The translations under genes were made by a program, and so were the position numbers. 64,000 nucleotides of DNA. Source: Sminthopsis crassicaudata (taxonomy: Eukaryota). The notes below the pieces were generated by a model, which saw only the letters and a list, made by a program, of their open reading frames with translations, was not told the origin of the DNA and searched no databases. Each line of letters begins with the position of its first letter. Positions within the stretch are counted from its first letter, which is position 1. Positions 14,265 through 24,736 of this stretch are shown here, one piece after another. The DNA lies in the NCBI RefSeq assembly GCF_048593235.1, contig NC_133618.1:33080478-33144477 (forward strand), written 5' to 3'.

Positions 14265-14700
14265 AGTTAAGAAGAGGTAGGAGCTGTCACTAAGGGAGGT
14301 GGAGGACATAGTTCTCAACTCCAAGAAGACAGTTCCCCAGAGTCTTTATTAATTTTGCAAAAACACCTCTATAAAGGTATATTCTGGGTAGAAGTAGAAA
14401 CCAAAGCAGAAACAAGCAATTGCATGTGGTGTAAAAGTGACCTGAAATTCTAATTAAGTGGATAATCAATGGGAAGGTTGTGTATCTTGGGACAAATGTT
14501 CTGAGAGCCACAATCTTATTGAAAGTTTGTAGCAAACAAATGCACAAGAAGCTAATGAAGTTAATTGGGAACATTTTGCTGGTGCCATGGGATATGTTCC
14601 TCCATCCTCTGTTTAATCTAAATTTTACAAATTGAAAACTATCTGTATCCCTCTTTGTCAGAAGACATCCTTCCCAGAAACCATACACTATCTTTATTGC
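14265..14700 (+). pseudogene. TTF1: TTF1 (RNA polymerase I transcription termination factor) pseudogene fragment, probably processed, C-terminal Myb-like region
   Basis: Three frames give [39 protein letters not shown] / [22 protein letters not shown] / NLIESL*QTNAQEANEVNWEHFAGAMGYVPPSSV*SKFYKLKTICIPLCQKTSFPETIHYLY. These match human TTF1 as recalled ([38 protein letters not shown]...[47 protein letters not shown]). Stops and frameshifts are present and no introns are seen. Confidence 0.88.
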
Positions 14701-17700
14701 TGATGAAGGAAGGCACAATTGTCCAGGAGCCTGAGGTCCCAAAGCAGGCCTTTTGATCTAAGGACATTTTTTTTTTTTTTTAAATGAAAGTGGCAATGAG
14801 GAAGAAGATAGAGAAGAAAGCAGCTAAATTGGGATCACCCACAAGTTCCTTTTTTATATTTTTAACTTATCGCACTGCTAATGAATACTGCCAGAGAAGA
14901 GGTAAGATAATAAAGCAGCAAAGTCACAAGTACTCTGAGAGGAGACCTTAACACAACCCTCACCAATCATCCAACTGTAAAGATGGTCCCTGCTGTGGCG
15001 ATCCTTCTTTGGGAATGGCCAACAAAGAATGAAATACAAGTCAGTTGTAAGTGAAGAGAAAAAGAAAAGGCATAGACCACGTCCTGAGGTGATTATCCCA
15101 ACTTGCACTCACTCTCCCTAAAGAGATTCCCAGCATTGGCTACTATATATGTCTCTTTAGTACTCTAGGGTAAGCACTGAGGGGTTGGGAGTAGTCCTAA
15201 ACCAGTAAGCCCCCAACAGCATTTACTAACCCCCACTCCATGATAACTTGAAATCACTGAGACAGATCGACCTAATTCACTTTTTAAAAAGAGTAAATTT
15301 TTTGGGGGGAAGGAGTATAGTAAGAATAGCTGATATAAACTATCCTCCAAAAGTCTGACAGTAGACTTCAGGGGAAAGATACTTTAGATAGAGTACATGT
15401 GAGTAATGGGGAGACAATTCCAGATCAGTGGAGTGACTCCTTCCCCCCACAGAGGCTGACTTGCTGAGCCAATGGTTTGGGTAGATCCAGCTGGACCCCA
15501 GTGGAACCCCGCAAAGAATAGTAGCAGTAGAAGGTGTCATAATTTCTCCCAGCTCTTTCACTTGGGCAAGGAAGAATCGAGCTGAGCAGGAGGAAAAAGG
15601 ATAGCCCCGTTCCTTGTTCTGGGAGAGCATAGGAAAGAAAGTTTGGGCTGAAGGCTTGTCTATTGACCCCCAAGACAGCCCAGAAGACACCGAATTGAGG
15701 GACTGACCAATTCTCTATTGTACTGCAAGCAATTTACCCAGATTCCCTTGGGGCTGATAATGCCAGCAGCCATTTATCTTCCTCAACCAAGGAGCTTGTA
15801 GTTGAAGGGGTCCCCCTTTGCAACTGTAAGTTCCTCAGCTACAAAACTTTTTAAACTTTGTCTTTATTTGTATCTCCCAGGACTTAGTATAGGGCCTGAC
15901 ATACATTAAGTGCCTCATAAACACTCCTTGACTGGGGGACTACTTTCTTCTTGGTCCTGACTGTACACTCCTTGACTGGGAGAGAGGAGACTATGTTCTC
16001 TTTGGACTAGTCTACACTGAGTGAATTTCTGAAACCTGCGGAATAGGTGGGCTGGCCCAGCTCAGACTGAGTGGCTGTGGGGACCTTGGAAAGCCACAGG
16101 GGAGCTAAGTTTAATCATCACCTGTTAGGACCCTGAGTGCTTTGTTTCACACAATCAGAAAGAGCCAGTTCCCTCCTTGGGGTCACATTACCAGCTGCCT
16201 ACTGGTCGTCTCCAACCGCGTGTCCCCAAGTATTCTCAAACCTGCCCCTTTTTTGTTGAAGCAACCATAATCTTTCCAGTAACCTAGATTTTAGCCTCGG
16301 AGCGACACTGGACTCTTTTTCAGTCGTTTTCAGTCAGGCCCGACTGTCCCTGACCCCATTTGGGGTTTTCTTGGCAGAGATGCTGGAATGGTTCGCCATT
16401 ACCTTTTCCAACTCATTTGGAAACTGAGGCAAACAGGATGAAGTGACTTGCCTATAGCATCACACAGTGAGGCTGAATTTGAATTGGGATCCTCCTGACT
16501 ATTTCATGAATATTTCATCGATATTTTATACATATAAAAAGAAAAAAAAGCAAATAAATGAAAACAATGGCAATGATAGCACATTCAACAGTGGGACAGT
16601 GAATAAATCACTGGAGTTGGAGGCAGAAAAAACCTGAAGTCATCTCTTCCCACTGAGCCACCTAGCTATCCTTCCATACAGCAGACACTTAATAAATGTA
16701 GCTTGGATGATCTCCCAGTTTGAATCTCCTTTAGGAAGATTTTTCCAGCTTCAAGGCTAAATGTGCTTTTTTGTGCCCTGCTCTGTTGCTCCAGCCTTCT
16801 TTTCCAGGCTTTGTTGAATGAATGAAAGGAATGTGTTAATAACTCACCGCGTGCTAAGTAAGAGCTGGAGGTACAAATAGGTAAGTAAGGCAGTCCATGC
16901 TCTCAACATGCTCAAGTTCTAAAGGGAGAGACACAAAATCCGGCTTTCGGCTGCAAATCCAATGCGGTCTTTGAATAAGTGAAGCCCTTGGGAAGAAGCA
17001 GGAAGGCCGGTGGTGATCCATCTTCTGAAGTGACATTTCCATTAAAGTAATCCCATGCAGCCCGCAAGTCAGGAGGAGCTGAGTTCAAATCCGACCTCAG
17101 ACACTGTGGCTGTGGGACCCTGGGCCAGTCACTTACCCCCAGTTGCCTCAGGAATATATATATAAAACCCCATGCACTGAGGCATTCAATGACGTTAAGG
17201 ATTTGGGTCTTGGTTTTCTGTTTCTTCGGTAGCTGTGGCTGCTGGGGAGGCTCGGGCTACCCCCTTAGAGGGAAAGGTGGTCGGGTTTCATGAAGGGTGA
17301 CTGCGCTGAAGGAAGGCTGCGGGGCTGCGGGGGTGGGGGGGGGGGGTTGTGTGTGTGTGTGCGCGTGTGTGCGTGTGCGTGTGTGCGCGCGCGTGTGTGC
17401 TGAGCGCCTGCGTACTGGTGCCTCCGTATCCATGCTGTGTTCTCCCCTTGGTCTTGGACTTAGCCACTGGTCACAGAGTGTCCCTAAGTGACAGCTGGGG
17501 TCATGGGCCGCTAGGATGGCAGTCCCCGCTCGCCGCTGAGATTGCTCTCGGGGTGAAGCTTGGGGAAACAGGCCGGGCGGTCTGGGGACTGGGGGCAGCC
17601 TCTCCCGGAGTCTCAGGGAGGTCGTGGCTGCCGCCCCCCCCCCACCTCGGCTAAGCCAGCTTGATGGTCCCATGGGGGCCGCTGCTGCTGGCCCTGTGAG

Positions 17701-18239
17701 CTCCTCGAGATTGTCCTCCTTTGCCTGCACACATGCAGGGCTTCAGGAGCAGGGCGGGACATAAACCTGTGTTGCCGAATTTGTGCTTCGCTCTGTGCAT
17801 TAGGTAGGTGCGATATTATCCCCATTTAACAGTTGAGGAAACTGAGGCTGTTACATGCTCAGGATACAACTGGTAAACCTTGTGGTTGGATTTGAATTCA
17901 GGCCTTATTGACTCCAGGCCCACTGCTCTCTTCCGGCCCACTGCTCTCTTCAGTACCACTGTTTGGTGCAGTGCCTGGTATAGAGTAGGTACTCAATAAA
18001 TGCTTATTATCTGCCTGACTCCTAGTTCTGCCCTATTGGGCTAAGAAAACAAATCGAGGGGCAGCTCTTTAAAAAGTTGAAGGCAAATGTCACGTGCTTG
18101 AGTCAGACACCCTCAGTCTTTCCGAATATGAAATGGGCTCAAGACAATTACCACCCTGATGGGTTTTACGGAGTACCGAGTGCTCCCACCCAGCAAGCGC
18201 TTTTCGTTCGTTCGGTTGTCCAAGCACTGATTTTTTTTC

Positions 18240-18808
18240 TTTGATTCATGCGTGCTCGCATGCACGTATTCAGGGGGTGTCCGTTCTGGCCAGCCCGGCT
18301 GGAGCCTCCGGGGCGGGCGGGGCGGAACCGCGCAGCTCTGCGGGCGCTCGCAGCTGTGCCTTCCATCCCCAGCTGTCAAACCTCGGAGCCCCGCCTCCCA
18401 CCAGGGCTCGGATCATCGAGCTTTCTCATTGGCCAAAAGCCTCGCCCAGAGAGCTCGATCCTATGAGAAACCGAGGCCACGGCCGCTGCCTTAAAAAAAA
18501 AATTCGGGCCATCTGACTTCCAAGGCCAATGGGAACGCAGGATTGAGGATGCCTTTTCCATCCGCAGCCCTGACGGACCGCTATGCCCGCCCTCCCAGGC
18601 ACTGATTGGGCAGGCCGCGTGAGCTCGGCCTCCCATTGGCCAGCTCTGCGGGAAAGGGGCCGGTGGGGAGGGTGGTCGCGGGAGCGCTGAGTCAGCTGCT
18701 GCAGACCGGGCTGGGTGGGGTTGTGGGCTGCACCTGGTCCTGAGCGGGGCCAGAGGGGCCGGTCGCTGCGGGTCCCCGCCGCCTGCCGCCGCCGCGCCCG
18801 CCGCCGCC
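18240..18808 (+). promoter_or_regulatory. CpG-island promoter of the RNF181-VAMP5 chimeric gene, with four CCAAT boxes and GC boxes
   Basis: CpG-rich. ATTGG/CCAAT at about 18427, 18526, 18605 and 18633; gggcggggcgg at about 18312. Strong Kozak context gccgccgccATGG. Confidence 0.75.
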
Positions 18809-21800
18809 ATGGAGAACTTCCCCGAGGAGATGGATGAAGAGCAGTACTGGCAGAACGAGCTGCTGCATCTGGCGCGGTGGGCGGGGCTGGCCATCTCTGG
18901 GGATTATCCGGGTCCGCCTTGGCGGGGCGGGGATTATCCGGGGCTGGCCGCTAGTGCGGGGCTGGAAGAGGGTGCAGAGGCCGCCTCGCCCAGCGATTTG
19001 GGGGTGGGGGTGGGGATAGGGATTATCCTAGGGTTCCCTAGTCTAAGGATAGGGATTATCCGGGGCTGTCCAGTCTGGGGATACGGATTATCCGGAGCTG
19101 TCCAGGAGAGAGAAGGGGGTAATCCAGAGATTGAGGGATTATCCGGGGGTTGCCTAGAATGGGGTTTTCTTGTTCAAAAATGGGGGATTATCAGGGGGGG
19201 GTCACTTTTCCAGGCTAGGGATTATCCGCGGTTGTCTGTATAGCGCAAACTGGAGGCTATGGGGGCGGGGGAAGATTGCCCGGGGGTTGCCTAGTGGAGT
19301 AGCACTCGGGTTCTCCTCGTCCGGAGAGGAGGAATTACCTGGGATCACCAGGTTAGAGATTATTGGGGGGCGGGGCGAGGCTGACCAGTCCTGACTTCAG
19401 GTTCCTGAGGACCACATTTGTTCAGCCTGGGGATTGTGTGGAAGGGAGAGAGGAGGTGTGTGCTGGGGGCNNNNNNNNNNNNNNNNNNNNNNNNNNNNNN
19501 NNNNNNNNNNNNNNNNNNNNNNNNNNNNNNNNNNNNNNNNNNNNNNNNNNNNNNNNNNNNNNNNNNNNNNNNNNNNNNNNNNNNNNNNNNNNNNNNNNNN
19601 NNNNNNNNNNNNNNNNNNNNNNNNNNNNNNNNNNNNNNNNNNNNNNNNNNNNNNNNNNNNNNNNNNNNNNNNNNNNNNNNNNNNNNNNNTTGGGAGTTAG
19701 GGATTGGGGATTATTTAGGGGTTGAGTTTATGGAATGGGGAGATAACCAGGAAATTATCGGGGGAGCACTGATCCCCAGATTGGAGATTCTCCCTGTTCG
19801 CCCTACGATTTGGAATGGGACATCGGGGCCAAACGGGGTTTCTGGTGTGGAACGGGCGAGGGAAGGGGGATTACATTTGGAGCCAGGGATTAGGAGAGAG
19901 GAGAGAGTTTGTAGGGAAGTGTCCCGAGAAGGGCATTGTGGGAGGGCAGGGGTGGGGCTTCGGGAGGGCTCGGTTGATTGGGGGAAGGATCTAGTCCCTC
20001 AGAAGACCCAAGGCTGAGATTTATCTGGGAAAAGGGGGGCTGGGAGTCTGGATTATTGGGGTGTGTGTTTTCACTGCTCTGCTATGACTCAACCATCTTT
20101 GCAGTGAACTTTTTTTTTTGGTCCTCGTTTTTCTATCATGTTCATTTCTCAATTTACATTTCCACCCACTCCTACATTAAACTTACTCTACAACCAAAAT
20201 GCACACTCAGACAAAACGGGGGGGGGGGGGGGGAGAATAGTTCTGACCATGGATCCAGCCACTTTCTGTTCCCATGGATACGTTTCCCCCCTCCCAGACT
20301 GAGAGGAGAGAGGCCGGTCTTCAACAATCCCCTGGAAGTGAGATTGTCATGAGACTTCCCCACTATTTTAGAGCTGGCTTCTTTTTCCTTTGTGTAATTA
20401 TTGTGCATATCATTTCCCTGATTTTCTTCTTTCTGCATCTCTCTATGCCAGTCCCACCATGTGTCTATATTCATGATGGTCCTTTCTCACAGAGCTTATC
20501 CTGTTTCATTCATGAGCCATTACTCAGTCATTTTCCACCCACCCGACTTTGTCTCCAATCATCCGCTTTGTTTGTGAAACAAAAATAATGCCATGAATAT
20601 ATTGGCATATTCGGGGACTTTCTTTCTGCCCAGGACACTTTTCAATGGGATGGGCATTGAGCTGCCAACAGGTGAGCTCTTTAGCTGGGAAAACCGACTT
20701 CCTCCCCCTGCTGCCAAGAGAGCCGTGGAGAACCTGCCAAAATCCACCATCACAGGGGCCCAGGCTGGTGAGGGGCCTCCTTCCCCCCAGCCCTCTCTCA
20801 TCTCTGACACTTCCCTGTTAACCTGTTTGACCTTTATGGAACTAACATTATTCCCTCCCCTTCTTCCGCTACCCAGCATGCAACCAACTCCCCGTTCAAT
20901 CTTTCAGACCAGGCTGGGTGAACAAAAAACATCCAAATGAGTGACTGACCTGCCTTTGAGGAGGCAACACTGGGAGGGATGGGGGTGGGCAGGTGGAGGA
21001 AGCAGGTCTTGATCTGATGGACTTCCCCTCACAGACGCAGGTGTCAAATGCCCTGTATGTCTTCTGGAGTTTGAGGAGGAGCAGACTGCCCTGGAGATGC
21101 CCTGTGAGCATCTATTTCATTCAGACTGCATCGTGCCCTGGCTAGGCAAGGTATCCACAGCTTCCCATCCCGCCCTGGTACCCAGCCCCGTTAGTATGTG
21201 GCCCTGCCCATAGATCCTGAGTGTTGGGGATGACCAAAAGAAGCTTTCTTCTAAACACGAACTTAAGCCTCTGAGGGGGGGAGAGAGGTGAGGGAGAAAT
21301 GGATCCTGAACCATCTTCATCCCCACTCTGTCTTCCCAGACCAACAGTTGCCCTCTGTGCAGATATGAGCTGCCTACAGACAATGAGGACTATGAAGATT
21401 ACAGAAGAGAAAAGGTAGGGCTGGCCTCGGGGGCATGAGGAGTTGTTCCTTCCCCTAAACTGCAGTGTAGACAGGAGACTGGAGCAAACCATGCAGCCTT
21501 GCCCCCCTGGTGAGGTCAGAAGATCAGGATTTGAGTGTTAATGAGAAAGAGATGATTATCTTGATCCTATGATCCTCTTCACTCTGACCATTTGTAATGA
21601 TTCCAAGGAAGTAGAAGGGCCCTGGTCATGTCTTTCCCCCAAGAACTCCTACCCACAAGTTCACCAGAAAGTTCCATGGCAGATTTGGGTGTATGGGGAA
21701 GTGGGTTCCACGAGGACCCAACCTAATGTGGGCCTTCTTGCCAGTCAGGGAAGGATCCAGAGATGTGCCTGGATCCTGCTGAAAGGAGGGAACGTCTCCT

Positions 21801-22706
21801 CTCAGACCAGGTCTGTACTAAGGGTTAGGGGGAGGGATGGGAGAAGGGAATGTGGGATCCCTGTACTTGAGTAATGTGGGGCTCCCTAGAATGGGCATGT
21901 GGCGGGCAGGAACTCTCCACTTGGCCTGTGTTGCTGTCGGGCTGAGGTTCTGAGGCTGCTGAAGGCCTATGGAGTTGGGAGTTCTTAAGAACAGAGGGGG
22001 AAGAGGATCAATAAGGGTAATGAGGCTTGCTGAGGAAGGTCAGTTAGGGTAAAGGGAATTTGGTCCTAATTGCTCAGTACAGGGTGATAAGCAGTAAGTG
22101 GACCAGTCCTGCATCAGAGATGGAGCCCTTCCAAGAAGATGGCAGGGGAAGGGTCTAACCAACACAAGTTAGAGAGTGAGCTGGGGATGGGAGGGCAACG
22201 GGAGATGAAAAATGAAAGAAGTATCCCTCTGCAAGGGGAGAGTGAATTGTTTGTGAGGCAGTGAGTTTCCTTTTGTGGGAGGATTCTTATTCAGGTCCAA
22301 TCTCGTCTCCCCCAGCTCAAGGGTTCAAGAGAAAGGTGGGTCTGGGAACTGAGGGAGAATTGCTGGGGACAGAAGGGCTGCCTTGGAGGCTTCAGAGGGA
22401 GAGGGTTTGGGTGATTCGAATACCCCTCTGATCCATATTGATAAACCCTGTTGGCTCCTGCTGTTCCAGAATGCTTTTGCCAGGGCCAACAAGGCCCTGG
22501 CCCTTAAACAGCCTTGGGCAGACTTGGATGGGAACATCCGATGCCGCCTCTTCTTGGGTCTGATCATCACGGCCTTAATGCTGCCCCTCTTGAAGTGGAT
22601 TATTGTGGCTACCACGGAGCGTCCTGTGAATCTTCATAACCCGGCAGCGTGGCATCAGGGGGCCACAGCCAAAGGTTGGGGCTTCGATCCAAGACCAGGA
22701 GACTAA
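18809..22706 (+). CDS. Chimeric RNF181-like RING-H2 E3 ligase with a VAMP5-derived C-terminal transmembrane anchor (about 209-242 aa depending on linker exons)
   Basis: RNF181-type exons 18809-18876, 20634-20767, 21035-21150 and 21340-21414, all GT-AG and with the same phases as canonical RNF181. Intact RING: CPVC...CEHLFHSDC...CPLC. Candidate linker exons 21745-21823 (79 nt) and 22316-22335 (20 nt). Terminal exon 22470-22706: [46 protein letters not shown]...PRPGD*. Confidence 0.75.
18897..19790 (+). repeat. Degenerate G-rich repeat (core gggattatccggg) in intron 1 of the chimeric copy, interrupted by an N-gap
   Basis: More than ten spaced copies of ggattatcc or variants; same core as the RNF181 intron-1 minisatellite. 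Confidence 0.75.
21745..21823 (+). CDS. Candidate linker exon, a degenerate and shortened VAMP5 exon-2 homologue
   Basis: Acceptor ccttcttgccag. Encodes SGKDPEMC...SDQ, versus VAMP5 exon 2 AGKELERC...SDQLLDM. Possible donors at 21810 (cag|gtctgt) and 21823 (agg|gttagg). Confidence 0.45.
22470..22706 (+). CDS. VAMP5-derived terminal exon (juxtamembrane region, TM helix, tail)
   Basis: Aligns to the VAMP5 last exon as recalled: [27 protein letters not shown] (mouse) versus [31 protein letters not shown]. Ends PRPGD*, versus human SGPGN*. Phase-0 acceptor ctgttccag. Confidence 0.78.
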   Translation, partial: NAFARANKALALKQPWADLDGNIRCRLFLGLIITALMLPLLKWIIVATTERPVNLHNPAAWHQGATAKGWGFDPRPGD

Positions 22707-22898
22707 AGTGGATCATGGGGAAAGAGAAGCCAACCCCGCCCAACCATTGGGTCCCACTAAGGAACACTGGTTGGTGCTGGAGTTGAAGAAACCCTGGGGA
22801 GCCCTCTTTGGTGGGCTTGGTTCCACCAGTTGTACCCTTGCACGCTGACCCCCGCCCCCAGGGGTACAAAGTAAATCACCCCTTGCTATATAGAGCTG

Positions 22899-22904
22899 AA
22901 TAAA
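22899..22904 (+). terminator. Polyadenylation signal AATAAA of the chimeric gene
   Basis: About 190 nt after the stop at 22706, followed by GU/U-rich sequence (ctcattctgtgtg). Confidence 0.7.
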
Positions 22905-24399
22905 AATCCCACTAGGGTAAAAGGAATTCTCATTCTGTGTGAAGTGCTCTGGGGAGGTTCCCTACCTGGGGAGGTGGTGACAGATTGGTTAGGAAATCTG
23001 TTTCCCATTCTCAAAGGACATCCTAATTTAGATGGATTTTTCCAGTCATCTCCATTGTTGACTCTCTACATCCAGAGTTTTTTCCCCTTGCTTCTCAAGC
23101 TGGAGACAAGCTACCCAGGAATCAGAGAACCTGGATGCAAAGCTCATCCCAATACTTATCATTCTCATGATCTTGGCCAAGTCCCAAATGGGAAGGTTGA
23201 ATTAAATAGTCTCTAAGGTCTTTCACTCGTCTAAAGTTATGATCCTCCAGAAAGTTTTGGAGGCCCTTTACATGGGCAGCTCAAGTGGAAACTAGAGTCA
23301 TGAAGCAGTACATAAGAACCCTTGATGACTACATATCAACTTGGCTTTAAAATATAATATTTAAATTTTTATTGCATTCTAATTTGTTAATCAGTTTCCT
23401 AGTACAGTTTAATCTGGTTTGACCCCTGTGTATAGGGCATAAGGAGGCTCCTTCCCTGGCCCTAACAGCCCCATTCCAACTTCTTAAACCCTGATCTTCC
23501 CCCTTTTTCTGAGCCTTCTCAGCTATTCCTTTACTCTTATATAAAATATGAACAGGAGGGAAGGGACCCTAAAGTTTGTTCCCAAAGTTTAATCTCCTGG
23601 ACAAATACAAGCAATTATTTTTGTTCTAATCATCATATTTTCTTTCACCCCCAATTCCACCCAAAGCATTCTTCCGGGAGGCACATCAGGCAAGGGCATC
23701 CTTCTCTGGCAACCCTTGAGTGGAGAGTGGGAGAGAGAATGCATCATTATTTGTGGGAGACAAGCAGGAAACAGACCCAGAGTTGTCAGGGTGGATTAAC
23801 TATTAGAGAAATGTCAGAGGCCTGGACAGGCTGGGATTTTGGCCAGGTGGGACGAGAAATCTGATTTTATGAAAGGGCAGATGGTACCTTTTGGGACTGC
23901 TCTTGGTTCTCCTGCTCCCTGAGAGCCCATGGGCACCCAAAGCAAAGAGTCTGGGGTGGGAAGCCCCTCACCACTGCCTCAGAACTTAGTGAGGTCCACT
24001 TGGCCGACATCGGGGTGGGGGTGTGAAAGACGGATCAGTGGGCATTTAGGTAGTGCCTGCTATGTGCCAGGCACAGTGCTGAGGCAGAGCTGGGAAGAGC
24101 TACTCCAGTCCTCAAGGACATGTTGGAGTCAAAGTTCTGGGTTCAAAGTCCAGAAATGCTACTTTGGGACCCTGCACTCCGTGTCAGTATCCAGCAATCC
24201 ATCCAAAGGTTGCATTGGATGCTCTTTGATACTCTTTTTCGATATAAGTACAATGAAGTGAGAGAAGCAAAGTACGACCCAGGAATGGCCCGGGTCCACA
24301 AAGGCAACCCTCCTGGAGGCAGTGAGACTGAAGCCCAGTCTCCGAGGTTAAGTGGCCATTGGGTTAAGTGGGAGAAGAGCTCAGGCGGCTGGGGGGCAG

Positions 24400-24736
24400 C
24401 ACTGAGCCAGCATAGGCGGGCCCAGCTCCGACCTGAAACCCGCTCTGGCTCCGCCTCCTGCGGGTAGCAACCAATGAAAACCTAAATTCGCGGGAAGCCT
24501 TCATTGGCTCGAGCTTTACACCACCTGATTCACAAAGACCAATAGAAAATTATCTTTGGGGTTTCCGGGATCTCATAGTCCCGGTGGGGCGTGGAGCCTT
24601 CCTTATCGTGGTTCTGATTGGACGTTCGGGACGGAGCTAGTTCTCCCATTGGCCAGAGTGGCGCGAAAAGGGAGGGATCTTTTAGTGCAGCATCATAGCG
24701 TCAGGGGTCGCTCGCCGGCTAGGATTCACGGTTGCC
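24400..24736 (+). promoter_or_regulatory. RNF181 CpG promoter with five CCAAT boxes
   Basis: CCAAT/ATTGG at about 24471, 24503, 24539, 24617 and 24648. ctcccattggccag is shared with the upstream copy's promoter. Confidence 0.75.

Noticed and set aside
14290-14742. 150-aa minus-strand ORF
   Set aside because: It is the antisense shadow of the TTF1 pseudogene fragment.
18809-19243. 144-aa unspliced ORF from the chimeric gene's ATG
   Set aside because: This is read-through past the exon-1 donor (18876) into the intronic repeat. Homology to RNF181 stops exactly at the GT.
22383-22706. Stand-alone 107-aa ORF or intact VAMP5 gene
   Set aside because: It starts at a non-ATG codon. The first 29 codons are intronic, and no complete SNARE-motif exon or separate VAMP5 first exon was found. 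It is best explained as the terminal exon of the chimera.
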